The notes: generated by a model from the letters alone, not told the origin. A stretch of 63,542 bases of DNA, filler included, from Pseudobdellovibrionaceae bacterium (GCA_030591685.1; 9 parts of 9 records of this genome joined end to end with filler, not necessarily neighbours in it); one strand, 5' to 3'; positions 40,583 through 52,471 are shown, counted from the whole stretch's first letter. A program made the numbers and translations.

Positions 40583-42274
40583 TTAATCGACTTGAGTGTT
40601 TGCAAGTACTTCTTCGATGCTTGAGATCCCATTATTTATTTTTTCAATGCCGTGCTCGCGCACTGTGACCATGCCATCTTTAATAGCTAATCGTTTGATT
40701 TGTCCGCTGTCTTTACGTTGCATGATAAGGCTTCGGATCTCATCAGTGACATGTAACATCTCCTGTATGGCCGTTCGACCAATATAACCTTTTTGGTTGC
40801 ACTCGTTGCACCCAACAGGTTTGTAGACCTGGCCTGGCATTTGCTCTCTTGTTATTTCAAGGCTTGAAAGTTCTGCATCTGAGGGGGTATAGGCCTCTTT
40901 GCAGTGAGGGCATAATACCCGCACAAGCCTTTGAGCCACAACGCCTAACAGTGAGGTGGCAATTAAAAAAGGCTCACAGCCAAGGTCAATCAATCTTGGG
41001 AAGGCCCCCGCAGAGTCATTGGTGTGAATTGTTGAAAGCACTAAATGGCCCGTCATAGAGGCGTTAATAGAAATTTCAGCCGTTTCAAGGTCACGAATTT
41101 CACCCACCATAATAACATTAGGATCTTGACGTAAGATTTCCCTTAAAGCGGCCCCAAAGGTAAGACCAATTTTATGATTCACTTGGATTTGGCCGATACC
41201 ATGAATGCGTTGTTCAATAGGGTTTTCAACGGTGAGGATATTTTTATCAATAGTGTTGATTTTATTAATGCAAGCGTAAAGAGTTGCAGACTTACCGCTA
41301 CCAGTAGGGCCTGTTACTAGCATAATTCCATAAGGCTTAGAAATAAGTTTATTGATACCCTTTAAACTACTTTCTGAAAACCCTAGTTGATTTAAGTCTA
41401 TGACTACGTTTGAACGATCTTGTAAACGCATAACAATGCGCTCGCCAAAAGCTGTGGCTATGGAGCTCACCCGTACGTCTATATCTTTACCGGCTAACTT
41501 TAGGGGGATTTGCCCGCCTTGAGGGAGCCGCTTTTCGGCAATGTTTAAGTTGGCCATAACTTTAATTCTAGAGGTGATAGCGTTTTGAAGTTTTTTGGGG
41601 GGCTTGAATATATCAAACAAGATCCCATCAATTCTGAAACGGACGACCATGTCTTTTTCGTAGGGTTCAATATGAATATCTGAAGCCTTATCTTTTACAG
41701 CTCTAAAGAGTAGAGTATTTACAAGTTTTATAACTGGAGCGTCATCTTCGCCCGTATCGAGTAGGTCTATAACCGGGTCGTCAAGGTCGTACTCTTCTTC
41801 TTCGATATCATCAAGACCCTCAAGGGCTGAGGTGCTTTTTTCATAAACTCTATTAATGGCATCGTGAAGTCTATGACTCGTGGTCACTAGAGGGATAATG
41901 TTTTTATCAAATAAAACCTTTAAGTCGTTAATAGCAGAAAAGTTTAAGGGGTTTGTCGTGAGTATGGTGAGCGTTTGCCCCTCTTCTTTAAAGGGAAGCA
42001 CTTCGTGGGTTTTAGCATAGTTAAGGGGTATGTCTTTAATTAAATTTAAAGAGATATCTCCAGAGGGGATATCCTTAATAAAATTAACGCCCAAGTTTCT
42101 ACAAATTTCACCCAAAGCCTCTTCGGAATTTTGAAAGGTGCGCCCTCCCATAACATCCTGAATGAGGCGACCATCAGTTCTGGTGGGCATTTTTAGAATT
42201 AAATCTAACTGGGGCTCAGTGATGCTTGTCCCTTTTAAAATTAGCTTTTCAAATCCATGTGTAGTCGTAGGCAT
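40583..42274 (-). CDS. gspE: Type II secretion ATPase GspE
   Basis: ASDIHIEP, GPTGSGKS, LRQDPNVIMVGEIRD, TGHLVLSTIHTN, CPHC..CNEC. Confidence 0.95.
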   Translation of the reverse strand: MPTTTHGFEKLILKGTSITEPQLDLILKMPTRTDGRLIQDVMGGRTFQNSEEALGEICRNLGVNFIKDIPSGDISLNLIKDIPLNYAKTHEVLPFKEEGQTLTILTTNPLNFSAINDLKVLFDKNIIPLVTTSHRLHDAINRVYEKSTSALEGLDDIEEEEYDLDDPVIDLLDTGEDDAPVIKLVNTLLFRAVKDKASDIHIEPYEKDMVVRFRIDGILFDIFKPPKKLQNAITSRIKVMANLNIAEKRLPQGGQIPLKLAGKDIDVRVSSIATAFGERIVMRLQDRSNVVIDLNQLGFSESSLKGINKLISKPYGIMLVTGPTGSGKSATLYACINKINTIDKNILTVENPIEQRIHGIGQIQVNHKIGLTFGAALREILRQDPNVIMVGEIRDLETAEISINASMTGHLVLSTIHTNDSAGAFPRLIDLGCEPFLIATSLLGVVAQRLVRVLCPHCKEAYTPSDAELSSLEITREQMPGQVYKPVGCNECNQKGYIGRTAIQEMLHVTDEIRSLIMQRKDSGQIKRLAIKDGMVTVREHGIEKINNGISSIEEVLANTQVD

Positions 42275-42557
42275 ATTCGTATCATACCTGTATTTAATCC
42301 TAGTGGTAAAGAAATAACATTTAGTAAGGGTGTGTTTTTTTATTAATTAATTCAGGGTATGTTATAGAATGAATTAATAAAATTAGTCGTTGTACTAAAA
42401 AGAGCATTTAAAGCCCTTAACGGGTCGATTGAGCCTCAGGGATGACCCTCTATATGTTAAATAGAGTCATAAAAAGCAAAAGTTCTTTTAAAAAGGGCTT
42501 TCAACTTAAATAAAAGAGAGTTTACGTTGTAAGTCTTAATTAAAATTAGAGGCCCTC

Positions 42558-44738
42558 TTAGAAGCTCTCAGTGGCTGGAGACTCTTTTTCCTCTAAATCA
42601 TCTTCAGTTGCCCTTAATGAGATTGTGTCAATAGTGCTCCCATAAGGGTCACGACCTCTCATCCATTTTTGTACGAAATCAATTCGTTCATTAATTTTAT
42701 TTGTCAGAACATCACTATTATCCTCATTGGAGCGGATAATTTTAGGTGTGATAAAGACCATTAAATTTCTTTTCACTTTTTTTATCGATTTAGACTTAAA
42801 TAACCAGCCTAAAACGGGGATGTCACCAAGGACAGGGATTTTATAGATGCTTTCTTCTTCAGATTCGTTGAGTAAGCCCCCTAAAACTACAGTTTCACCG
42901 TCATCAACAGTGATGACGGTTTTAATAGTATTCTCTTTAACGGCAAGAGCCTTGTTTCCTGTGCCGAGAGTAATTGCTGCTCCTGGCTTTTTTACTTGTT
43001 GAGTTATTTTCATACGGACAGTGTCAGAGTCGGGGCTTATAAAGGGTGTGATTTCTAATTTAATAGTGGCCTTAACTCTTTGCACTCCGGCATTAGTTAC
43101 TCCATTAGCCCCAGTACTGCTGGATAAACTCACCGGTGTATCCTCACCCACCTCAATAACTGACTCTTCATTATTAAGAGCCATAATTTGAGGGGTAGAT
43201 AAAACGTTACCACCAAGATTTGTTTTTAAAAAATTAACCATCCCTGCAACACTACTCACTGTTTGCCCCGCCAAATTACCGGCAGCGGCTGAAAAGGTGA
43301 TTTGCTCACCCATCCCAAAGCCAAAAATTAACCCTTCTGTATCGGCAGAAGGATCTAGGAGGGATTGTAAACTACTACTTGAGCGAAAACCCACTCGGCC
43401 AATCCCACCAGAGTCCTTATCAAACTTGTAGTAATCGATCCCGTAGTTTGAAGAGTCTTGAGCGCTCATTTCCATAATAATAGCTTTAACAAAAACTTGA
43501 TCTCTGGGGATATCAATTTTTGCCAGTAAGTTTTTAACCACTGTGTAGTCTTGTTTTTGTGCTGTAATTATAAGTGAGTTGGTGTGTTTCTCTGAGGTGA
43601 TCTGTACATCCCCTCCAAAAACCGGTTTGACTCTTGTTGGAGGGGCCGTCTGAGACCCTTTAGAAGAGGTAGACCGGGATGATTTTTTTGTTGAAGACTC
43701 TTTAGCTATTCCATTAAGAGCTTTGGCAATGTTTTCGGCCTCACCGTGTTTAACATAATAGACGTAAACGCCTCCGGACTCGTCGTCGTGAAGCTTATAG
43801 TCGAGTTGATGAACAAGTTTTTTTATTTTTTTAATACCCTCTTCGTTTCCGACAACAATAATAGCATTAGTTCTTTCGTCAGGGAGAACAAGAGAAAAGC
43901 TCTCAGACCCCCCTTTACTACCGGTATTCTTTGAGTTTCTGTTAAATCGAGTACTTGAAAATCGACTTCCGGATTTTTTAGGAGCCCCTTTGTTTATAAT
44001 TTGTGAAATAAGGTCTGAAATATCTTTTGCCTTTGCATTTTTAATGGATATAACAGCAAGTCTCTCTTCAAAACCAGGGACATCAAGCTCATTAATAATC
44101 TTCATTAAGCGTACAATGTTAGAGCCATAGTCAGTCACTATAAGCGAGTTTGTTGGGTCGTAGGCGTACATTTCGCCATCTTTAGTGGGGATGTTTCGTA
44201 AGTCCTTTTGCACTTGAGCGGCGTTAATGTATTTTAATTTGATGATTCGTGTAATCATCTGGTCTGAGTCAGGGAAGTAGCTGCCTGAATAAGTCTCAAT
44301 ACTATCAGTTTTAGCACTTCTTGATTGTTTGATTTTCCAAAATTTACCTGAAGGAACGACTGTATAATTTAAAGTCGCTAGTGAAGATAAAAAAGCTTTG
44401 TAGGCCTCGGCCACAGTTATTTCAGTGGGGGCAAGGATGGTGACCTTTCCTTTAACAGCAGGGTCGACAATAAAATTAAGTCCTGTTAGTTCACTGATGG
44501 CTTTAATGACGTCAGTGATGTCGGCATTAGGAAAATCAAAACTAGAGATTTTATCAGGAAAATTTTCGTTAGTGATGTCTTCAGGCTGAGCTGCTGCGAA
44601 TTGCTTTTTTTTCTCAGCACTAAGGCCAGCTCTTTCACTATCCGCTGACTGCGCCCATGTGAATGAGCCGAATAGAAGCACAGTTGTTGTGATTATTATT
44701 ACTCGAAACATCATGTTGCCCTTCGTTGGTGGTGACAT
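42558..44738 (-). CDS. gspD: Type II secretion secretin GspD
   Basis: FDFPNADITDVI, N-domains, KIPVLGDIPVLGWLFK, NLMVFITPKII. Confidence 0.95.
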   Translation of the reverse strand: MSPPTKGNMMFRVIIITTTVLLFGSFTWAQSADSERAGLSAEKKKQFAAAQPEDITNENFPDKISSFDFPNADITDVIKAISELTGLNFIVDPAVKGKVTILAPTEITVAEAYKAFLSSLATLNYTVVPSGKFWKIKQSRSAKTDSIETYSGSYFPDSDQMITRIIKLKYINAAQVQKDLRNIPTKDGEMYAYDPTNSLIVTDYGSNIVRLMKIINELDVPGFEERLAVISIKNAKAKDISDLISQIINKGAPKKSGSRFSSTRFNRNSKNTGSKGGSESFSLVLPDERTNAIIVVGNEEGIKKIKKLVHQLDYKLHDDESGGVYVYYVKHGEAENIAKALNGIAKESSTKKSSRSTSSKGSQTAPPTRVKPVFGGDVQITSEKHTNSLIITAQKQDYTVVKNLLAKIDIPRDQVFVKAIIMEMSAQDSSNYGIDYYKFDKDSGGIGRVGFRSSSSLQSLLDPSADTEGLIFGFGMGEQITFSAAAGNLAGQTVSSVAGMVNFLKTNLGGNVLSTPQIMALNNEESVIEVGEDTPVSLSSSTGANGVTNAGVQRVKATIKLEITPFISPDSDTVRMKITQQVKKPGAAITLGTGNKALAVKENTIKTVITVDDGETVVLGGLLNESEEESIYKIPVLGDIPVLGWLFKSKSIKKVKRNLMVFITPKIIRSNEDNSDVLTNKINERIDFVQKWMRGRDPYGSTIDTISLRATEDDLEEKESPATESF

Positions 44739-44747
44739 TTATTTTTA

Positions 44748-45683
44748 TTACTCAACTTTGTAGTTAAACTCTTCTTCTTTGCCGGCTCTGATCATATTTA
44801 AAATTACATCAGAAGAGTTTTTAAAAGCACCTAAAGCTTCCATTGCTTTTTGAGGGCTATTAATATCTTCACGGTTTGCGCCTTTAATAATATCCCCAAC
44901 CTTAAACCCCAGTTTATCAAAAATGCCGGAGGGTTTGATCCATGTGAATTTATACCCCTCGACCTGGCCGCCCTGAGCAAAGTTAGGTACGACTCGGGCC
45001 TCTTTAAGAAGGCTTGGTAGGTCATCGAGCATATTTTCAACATCTCTGCGCTGGACTGTATATTCAAAGCGCCCTGTTTTTTGCACAAGTTCATTGCCTG
45101 ATGGTGTCGTCGGGGCATTGAGCCCTAAATTAAGCACTAAATCTTTAGGGATCTCAATGTACTCAAGGCGATTATTGTTTAAGTTTCTAAAAATAACTTT
45201 TCGTCGCACGATTTGAGTGATTTGCGCTAAAGACGCTATTTTATCGCCCACCATATAGGGGCTCACTTTACCCCCTGACTGATAGTGGATCGTCGCTATA
45301 GATCTTTCAGGGTTAAAGTGCACAATCGTACCCAGTAGCTTAATAGGTAGTTTTGATGGCGCTGCTGGTGAGCCCGTAGGTAAAGACTCATCTTTTTTAT
45401 TAGAAAGAGCCTCTGCAATGACCCCATCAGAGTTAAAAATATTTCTCTTGGTAATAATTGAATATTGCGCGTAGTTAGAAGTGGAGTCTTTAAAGGTTCT
45501 TGCTTTTTTAGGAGGGGCCTCTGTCGGGAGCATCTGTGGTCGGTAGTTTATAATCGCTAAATCCGCAGTTGTGTATGAAAGCAGGGCTACAAAAAAATAA
45601 ATGTAAAAAGACTCAAAGGGGGGTTTAAGACCCTGGTCCCCAGCTTGTGATAATATTTTAGAACGAATATTTTTAAGTGCCAT
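44748..45683 (-). CDS. gspC: Type II secretion protein GspC with PDZ domain
   Basis: TM, RNIFN, LLGTIV HR domain, PDZ (LGFKVGDII). Confidence 0.88.
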   Translation of the reverse strand: MALKNIRSKILSQAGDQGLKPPFESFYIYFFVALLSYTTADLAIINYRPQMLPTEAPPKKARTFKDSTSNYAQYSIITKRNIFNSDGVIAEALSNKKDESLPTGSPAAPSKLPIKLLGTIVHFNPERSIATIHYQSGGKVSPYMVGDKIASLAQITQIVRRKVIFRNLNNNRLEYIEIPKDLVLNLGLNAPTTPSGNELVQKTGRFEYTVQRRDVENMLDDLPSLLKEARVVPNFAQGGQVEGYKFTWIKPSGIFDKLGFKVGDIIKGANREDINSPQKAMEALGAFKNSSDVILNMIRAGKEEEFNYKVE

Positions 45684-46028
45684 AGCGAGATTCTAGCAAA
45701 ACAGTGAGCAAGAATTGAGAAAAATTTAATTATTATCGTTATTTACCTCTCGAACTGGCCTTTTGGTAAGTATGCAGTGCATCTAATTAGAGAGATTAGA
45801 GAGATGGACACTTTTTAGTACGCAAAGTGCTCTTAAATTCAGCTTTAAAGGTAGCCCTCTTTGGCCCCGGTGTCTTAGGTTTAGACACTTGCTCATTAAA
45901 AAGGGGACAAAAAATGCGCTTTTAGTGACTTTGTCTTAAAATGAGACCTCAGATTCAATACAAGCCGTGTAGAGGGTTGGCATATGGCACATTCATTGCC
46001 TTAAGGTATGGTAACGGGAGATAAAGTA

Positions 46029-46718
46029 ATGAAGACAAAAATTTTAACCCTTATATTATGTTCAAGTTTATTTTTAATAGGCTGTTCTAAAAAAGACTCT
46101 GGCGGCGGATTTAGTGGCCCAAGAGATCGGTACAGAGATCAACAGACCAATGTAAATGATCCTATATTTGGATCGGATGGATTAGGGTTTCAAGCCTGTT
46201 CAGGGTCTGGATCTTGGAGCGGAACTATTTTTGCCCCCAGTTTTCAAAATGAATTTCAGTCTACAGTAGAAGCCTTTGCTACGGCGATGGGTGACCCCTC
46301 AACATTTTTAGGATCTGTTGACGGAAGATGCGGGTCTGAAACAGGAATGGCCTTTCACGGAACTATAGAAACTCAACAAGGGTTTGATAGAAACGGTAAT
46401 AACAGTGCTGACATCACTCAAAGTTCAAGAATATCTTTAGCCATTATAGACTCTGTTGCCGCTCAAGGCGATGACCTACCTATAAGTATTGATGCTTTTG
46501 ATGGAGCCTTTGGGTATGTGGACGGGAACTATGCCGTTATAGAAGTAGAGTGGGAGCGCGGTCGAATAATTTTTGACGGTAATATCGACTACAATAGCCA
46601 ACTCTTTATCGGTCAAGCGAGCTTTGAAAACTACCATCACTTTGCTGACGAAGACCCATATAGTGGTACTTTTGGAGATTTTGAAGTCCCATTATGTAGC
46701 TTCTTTAAGTGTAGGTAA
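46029..46718 (+). CDS. Hypothetical lipoprotein
   Basis: Lipobox LIGC; RBS GGGAG. Confidence 0.75.
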   Translation: MKTKILTLILCSSLFLIGCSKKDSGGGFSGPRDRYRDQQTNVNDPIFGSDGLGFQACSGSGSWSGTIFAPSFQNEFQSTVEAFATAMGDPSTFLGSVDGRCGSETGMAFHGTIETQQGFDRNGNNSADITQSSRISLAIIDSVAAQGDDLPISIDAFDGAFGYVDGNYAVIEVEWERGRIIFDGNIDYNSQLFIGQASFENYHHFADEDPYSGTFGDFEVPLCSFFKCR

Positions 46719-47088
46719 TGAATCAATTTTAAATGAATTAGTTTTTAACAAACCCCTTTAAGGAGAGAGCACTCCCCCCCCCTAGTCGCTTTCATCTTTA
46801 AAGGGGTTTGATTTTTTTGAGCAAAGCTATAGTACAAACTAAAAAATCCATAATAATACTTTTTGACCTCACTTAAACCCTTAAAACTCATTTAACTCGC
46901 CACCTAATGCTTAAGGAATACGCAAGCAGGTTAAGGGTATGCCTCAGTGAGGGCCTTAAGAGCTTAGGCTAATAGCATGAAATCATAAGTGTTTTTAAGT
47001 TAAGCTTAGTCTTTTACTTTGCCCCTTTTAGGTGTATAACGCAGGGGTTTGAGAGCTTAGGTGTAAGGTATTTAACAAAGGGGTTTTA

Positions 47089-47946
47089 ATGTCTTTTGAA
47101 AATATAGGTATTATTGGCGCAGGGCAAATGGGCAATGGCATTGCACAAGTGATTGCGGGTCACCATATTAAAGTTGTTATGGTGGACGTTAATGAAGCCG
47201 CTTTAGAGCGTGGCATGCAGACCATCACAAAGTCGTGCGATCGATTTATTAAAAAAGAAAAGATGACAGAAGAGGGTAAAAAAAAGGTATTGAGTTTTAT
47301 CTCTACGTCGACCCAAATGCAGGCCATTAAAGATTGTGACCTTGTTATTGAGGCGGCCACAGAAAATATAGATTTAAAGTTAAAAATTTTTAAGCAACTA
47401 GATGAAGTGTGCAGTAAATCAGCTGTTCTTTGTACCAACACATCTTCTATTTCGATCACTAAAATTGCATCCGTCACTCAAAGGCCTGAGAGTGTAGCGG
47501 GGATGCATTTTATGAACCCCGTACCGTTGATGAAACTAGTGGAGGGCATTCGGGGCTTACAAACCTCAGATGAAACCTTTAAACGAGTGAAGCAATTTTC
47601 TGAAAGTTTAGGTAAAACTTTTGTTGAGTCGGTTAAAGACATGCCCGGCTTTGTAGTGAACCGCATACTTATGCCCATGATTAATGAGGCTGTATATACG
47701 TTGCATGAGGGTATAGCTAGCGTTGAGGATATTGATGCTGCTATGAAGCTCGGTACTAACCAACCCATGGGCCCATTAACCTTGGCTGATTTTATTGGCT
47801 TAGACACCTGCTTGTCGATTATGAATGTGCTTTTTGAAGGGCTAGGCGACAGCAAATACCGGCCTTGCCCCCTATTAGTAAAGTATGTTGAGGCGGGTTG
47901 GTACGGTCGTAAATCAGGCCAGGGTTTTTACAATTACGAAAAATAA
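47089..47946 (+). CDS. hbd: 3-hydroxybutyryl-CoA dehydrogenase
   Basis: [39 protein letters not shown]. Confidence 0.95.
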   Translation: MSFENIGIIGAGQMGNGIAQVIAGHHIKVVMVDVNEAALERGMQTITKSCDRFIKKEKMTEEGKKKVLSFISTSTQMQAIKDCDLVIEAATENIDLKLKIFKQLDEVCSKSAVLCTNTSSISITKIASVTQRPESVAGMHFMNPVPLMKLVEGIRGLQTSDETFKRVKQFSESLGKTFVESVKDMPGFVVNRILMPMINEAVYTLHEGIASVEDIDAAMKLGTNQPMGPLTLADFIGLDTCLSIMNVLFEGLGDSKYRPCPLLVKYVEAGWYGRKSGQGFYNYEK

Positions 47947-47961
47947 GAGGGAGTTTAAAAA

Positions 47962-48744
47962 ATGCCTTATGAAACTATAGAGTATAATTTAGATGGATTT
48001 ATTGGGGTACTCAAAATCAATCGCCCCAAAGCTTACAATGCTTTAAACGCCCAAGTTATTGCAGAGCTGGGTGAGGCGATATCAGAAATTGATAAAGACC
48101 CACAAATTAGATGTTTGATTATTACAGGGGCCTGTGAAAAGTCTTTTGTGGCAGGGGCTGATATAAAAGAACTCGCCCCTTTGAGTGAAGAAGACTCTTT
48201 AGAACTCTCTAAAAAAGGTCAGCGTGTATTTACTCAAATTGAGGATTTAAATATCCCAGTGATTGCTGCTGTTAACGGCTTTGCATTGGGTGGGGGTTTT
48301 GAGTTGGCACTCAGTTGTGATTTTATTATAGCCAGTAAAAAAGCAAAATTTGGTTTGCCTGAAGTGAATTTAGGTCTTCTGCCTGGGTATGGAGGCACTC
48401 AAAGATTAAAGCGATTAGTTGGCCTTAATAATGCCCGTTACATAACATTTACGGCGGATATGTTTTCAGCAAAAAAAATGAAAAAAATGGGAGCTGTAAC
48501 TTTAACTGAAGAGCCCGAAGAGTTGATGAGTAAATGCTTAGAGGTGGCGCAAATGATCGCCTCAAGGGGCCCTAAGGCTGTAGGCTATGCAAAGAGAGCA
48601 ATACTTGGTACTGAGTGCGAGACTATGAGCGGTGGCCTTTTATTAGAGGCTGAGTTATTCTCTAAAACCTTTACCACCGAAGATAAAACAGAGGGTATAA
48701 AAGCTTTTTTAGAAAAAAGAACCCCTGAGTTTAAAGGAAACTAA
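47962..48744 (+). CDS. crt: Enoyl-CoA hydratase (crotonase)
   Basis: FVAGADI, AVNGFALGGGFELA, PEVNLGLLPGYGGTQRL. Confidence 0.92.
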   Translation: MPYETIEYNLDGFIGVLKINRPKAYNALNAQVIAELGEAISEIDKDPQIRCLIITGACEKSFVAGADIKELAPLSEEDSLELSKKGQRVFTQIEDLNIPVIAAVNGFALGGGFELALSCDFIIASKKAKFGLPEVNLGLLPGYGGTQRLKRLVGLNNARYITFTADMFSAKKMKKMGAVTLTEEPEELMSKCLEVAQMIASRGPKAVGYAKRAILGTECETMSGGLLLEAELFSKTFTTEDKTEGIKAFLEKRTPEFKGN

Positions 48745-48750
48745 TTTACT

Positions 48751-50589
48751 ATGAGTCGTTATGCTCCTAAAAATCCTATTCGTATTGTAACAGCGGCCTC
48801 ACTTTTTGACGGCCACGATGCGAGTATTAATATTATGAGGCGAATACTTCAAGACTTTGGGGCCGAGGTGATCCATTTAGGTCACAATCGCTCTGTTAAA
48901 GAAGTCGTCACGGCCGCCTTGCAAGAAGGGGCGCAGTCTATTTGCATGAGCTCTTATCAGGGCGGGCATATGGAGTACTTTAAGTACATGCGTGACTTGT
49001 TGAATGAGGCGGGCGCTAGTGAGGTCAAAATTTGGGCCGGCGGTGGCGGAGTTATTATCCATGAAGAAAAGAGAGAACTTGAGGCCTACGGGATTTCACA
49101 AGTCTTTCACCCTGATGATGGTAGAAAACTGGGCTTAGAAGGGATGATTGAACTCATTATTAAGGGCTCGGACTTTAAATTATTAGACCATTCAAAAAAT
49201 AAATCTAAAAGTATTGACCCTGTAGACTCTATACCTAGCCGGGATTTAGGGCTTCTCGTATCGGCCCTTGAAGAGGGCGAAAATTACTCAAGCCCGCTGT
49301 TAGAAAAATTTAAAACTCAGGGGCTTGAAGCGGCGAGCAGCGGTTCGCAGGCAAAAAAAGGCCCTTTAATTTTAGGAGTCACAGGGACTGGCGGGGCCGG
49401 AAAGTCCTCTTTAGTTGATGAGCTGTTACAGCGATTTTTAAATTTTTACCCTGATAAAACAGTCGGAGTTATTTGTGTGGACCCGACGAAAACAAAAACA
49501 GGAGGGGCTTTATTAGGCGATCGCATCAGGATGAACTCATTGTCGCGCCCAAATGTTTATATGCGCTCTTTAGCATCGAGGGGCTCAGGGAGTGAAATCT
49601 CTGAAAGCTTACCAAGAGTACTTGAAGAGTTTAAAAAATATGATTTTGATTTACTCATTGCAGAGTCTTCGGGGATTGGCCAAGGGTCTATGGCCATTAC
49701 AGAGGTTTCAGATTTTAGTTTATACGTAATGACAGCAGAGTTTGGAGCCCCCTCTCAATTAGAAAAAATAGAGATGATTGATTTTGCCGACTTTATCTCG
49801 ATTAACAAAGCGGACCGTCGAGGGGCGCTAGATGCCTTTAGAGATGTCAAAAAACAGTACAAGAGGTCTCGCAAATTATTTGAGGCACAAGATAGTGATT
49901 TGCCCGTATTTTTAACCCAAGCCTCAAATTTTAATGACAATGGGGTGAATGAGTTATTTTATGCCCTGGGTGACCATCTTGAATCCCTTATGGGGCCTGG
50001 CTGGAAAATCACTGAAGCTAAAAAAAATGAAGTCGGCGGTTCAGAAAAGCAAACCATAGTACCAGCTGAAAGACAGAGCTATTTAGCCGAAATAGTTACA
50101 ACCGTAAGTGATTATAAATCTCAAACACAAGAGCTTTCAAAAAAGGCCTCTTTGTATGGAGCTTTAAAAAAAGCAGGACCTTTTTTAAAAAAGAACGTTG
50201 AGGCAGAAGAAAAGTTAAAAGAATTAAAACATGAGTTTAGCGAGTCAGACTGGGAGAGCCTTGAGGGCTATGATCACTTAGTCAGCTCGTACCAAGGTGA
50301 AGAGTTCACCTATCAGGTCAGAGGGAGAGAGATCAAACAACCCCTCGCCCATGAAAGCCTCTCTGGTATTAAAATACCACGAGTGGTGATGCCTTTAAAT
50401 TTAACGGACTTAGGTGATCGCTTTAAGTTTTTAAGGCTTGAAAATGCTCCGGGGAGGTTTCCGTACACGGCGGGAGTATTTCCTTTAAAGCGTTTAGGGG
50501 AGTTACCTGGGCGACAGTTTGCCGGTGAAGGTAGCCCTGAAAAAACAAACCTACGGTTTCATTATTTAAGTAAAGACGAAAAGGCAAAA
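48751..50589 (+). CDS. icmF: Fused isobutyryl-CoA mutase / MeaB GTPase (IcmF), 3'-truncated
   Basis: FDGHDASIN B12-binding, GTGGAGKSS, GALLGDRIRMN, PGRFPYTAGVFP, QFAGEG. Confidence 0.93.
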
Positions 50590-50689
50590 NNNNNNNNNNN
50601 NNNNNNNNNNNNNNNNNNNNNNNNNNNNNNNNNTTAATTAATTAANNNNNNNNNNNNNNNNNNNNNNNNNNNNNNNNNNNNNNNNNNNN

Positions 50690-50816
50690 ACAACGAATAT
50701 AGGCCCCATAGGTCTTTAAATATGAAAACACCAAATGAGTTTGCAAAACAGTATAAGGAGATGTTAATTAACTAAAAACCGAAATATCGACACCTGCAGT
50801 CAATGGGGTACGGTCA
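50690..50816 (+). mobile_element. IS3-family element, right end (OrfB C-terminus to 50775 plus IRR)
   Basis: (Y)NEYRPHRSLNMKTPNEFA integrase-core tail, then ..GCAGTCAATGGGGTACGGTCA. Confidence 0.85.
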
Positions 50817-50854
50817 CAATGGAATATGGAATTCAGCTAAGTACCATTTCTATA

Positions 50855-51463
50855 TCAAGCCCAAAGATCAACGTTGGGATTTTTAAAAATGCTATTTAAT
50901 AAATCAGAGGAGGTGACCATGCCAACGAGGCGCATCTCATCATCTAAAATCGGAATTGAATTAAATTTGTTTTCAACCAATGCTTTTGCAATTTCTTGAA
51001 TGTGAGTATTTGCTTTGGCGGCAAGGATTCGAGTGCTCATGATTTCAGATACAGTCGCGTTTTGATCACTAAGCATGAGATTTCGGTCAGAAATTATGCC
51101 AATAATCTTTTTATCTGAATCTACAATGGGCAAATGCCTTATCTGATGTTCTTTGAGGAGCTTTTTAGCTTCGCTGACATTTGCGTCCTTGATCAAAGTA
51201 ATCACCGGAGAAGTCATCAATTCAGAAGCATGAACAATCTTTCTCGAGACTTTGGGCGGGCTAACCTGGGCGCTTTCATAAGCTTTGTACTTATTGGAAG
51301 GTGCAGCAGTTAAAACGTCCTTAAAGTTTTCGGGGTGGTCTGTGTCTCGTTGTATGGGCTGAACTCTTTGAGTGGCTTTAGTTTTTTGAACCAAAGGAAC
51401 GGCAGCCTGAACAGACCTGTAAGGTTCAAAATCCACTCCATTAATCGAAATAATTAATCCCAC
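50855..51463 (-). CDS. CBS-domain pair protein
   Basis: ELMTSPVI, IRHLPIVD, GIISDRN, GMVTSSDL. Confidence 0.9.
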   Translation of the reverse strand: MGLIISINGVDFEPYRSVQAAVPLVQKTKATQRVQPIQRDTDHPENFKDVLTAAPSNKYKAYESAQVSPPKVSRKIVHASELMTSPVITLIKDANVSEAKKLLKEHQIRHLPIVDSDKKIIGIISDRNLMLSDQNATVSEIMSTRILAAKANTHIQEIAKALVENKFNSIPILDDEMRLVGMVTSSDLLNSIFKNPNVDLWA

Positions 51464-51651
51464 GTTCGCTCCACCTTTTTCTACGCAACCCTATTTTTCG
51501 GCTATTTCGTTCAGTGCCTTTTAAGTTGTTTGAATATTTAAATCGTAAAGTAAAGCGGTGAGGCGGTCACTCATTATCTTATATGCAAAGTTTTGGTCGA
51601 ATTTGTTTTTTATAGACTTAATTCACTAAGGCGGAGCCCTGTGTGTTGATT

Positions 51652-51860
51652 AGGTAGTTACGGACAAAATTTTGGAGCCTGATGCGTAAAAACTTGGCCC
51701 ACACTTTGCTGTTATGATGTGAATGCCACGTAAAAAAACTCATATATACCCACCTACCATGCGAGGTCCACTCGATCAGGCTTGAGAAATACAGTGTTTA
51801 AACCTGTTACTAGGCGCAGATATTGATATCATGAGTCCTAACAGTGTGTCCGTACTTTTA
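51652..51860 (+). mobile_element. ~205-bp non-autonomous mini-element, copy A
   Basis: TIR TACGGACA..TGTCCGTA; colinear with 52472-52688; contains ATG-CCA-CGT-AAA-AAA at 51723. Confidence 0.75.
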
Positions 51861-51946
51861 TTGTGGTAACTTGCGTGTTGGGTGTTAAGGAATGACAAGT
51901 AGTTGTGGAGCCTTCAGCGTCTGCACCAATTTATGAGTACGGCGGT

Positions 51947-52471
51947 ATGGGAGTGAAATTGGATATTGAATTAAGAGAAGAAGAGCCTCAAGACATAGAT
52001 GCAATTTTTGAAATAAATAAAATGGCATTTGATTCAGGTGCTGAGGCCAGTTTAGTCAATAATTTGAGGGGCTCAAAGTCTTTGTTTTTGTCGCTGGTGG
52101 CAATTGTAGATGGGCAAGTTGTGGGGCATATAGCTTTCAGTCCAATGAAAATTAGTGGATTTGAACAACTAAATTTAATAGGGCTTGCTCCAATGGCAGT
52201 TCATGCGAATTTACAAAAGCAAGGGGTTGGTTCAAAACTTATAAGAGAGAGCTTAAGTAGATTGAAGGATTTAAGTATAGATGCGGTTTTTTTGCTAGGT
52301 CACAAAGAGTATTACCCTAAGTTTGGTTTTGTTCCTTCGGTTTCAAATTTTGGGATCAGGTCGAAGTATGAGGTTCCGGATGATGCCTTTATGGCGATAG
52401 AGTTAAAACCATCTGTGCTGAAAAATGTTGAGGGGCTTATTGAATACTCAAAAGAATTTGATGAGTTATGA
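51947..52471 (+). CDS. GNAT N-acetyltransferase (YhbS-like)
   Basis: SLVA..GQVVGHIAFSP, LAPMAV, QKQGVGSKL, LGHKEYYPKFGF. Confidence 0.9.
   Translation: MGVKLDIELREEEPQDIDAIFEINKMAFDSGAEASLVNNLRGSKSLFLSLVAIVDGQVVGHIAFSPMKISGFEQLNLIGLAPMAVHANLQKQGVGSKLIRESLSRLKDLSIDAVFLLGHKEYYPKFGFVPSVSNFGIRSKYEVPDDAFMAIELKPSVLKNVEGLIEYSKEFDEL

Noticed and set aside
46719..47088. Cobalamin riboswitch upstream of hbd-crt-icmF
   Set aside because: No B12-box or conserved core recognised; only a long imperfect hairpin AAACCCCTTTAA..TTAAAGGGGTTT (46750-46809), probably a terminator
47160..47855. Antisense ORFs in the track (e.g. 47160-47477, 47478-47855, 27181-27507, 36225-36551, 18812-19156)
   Set aside because: Shadow frames of well-supported genes on the opposite strand, with no motifs
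29647..50816. One IS3 copy or composite transposon spanning the T2SS contig
   Set aside because: The two IS3 ends are on different contigs and their terminal sequences are not complementary
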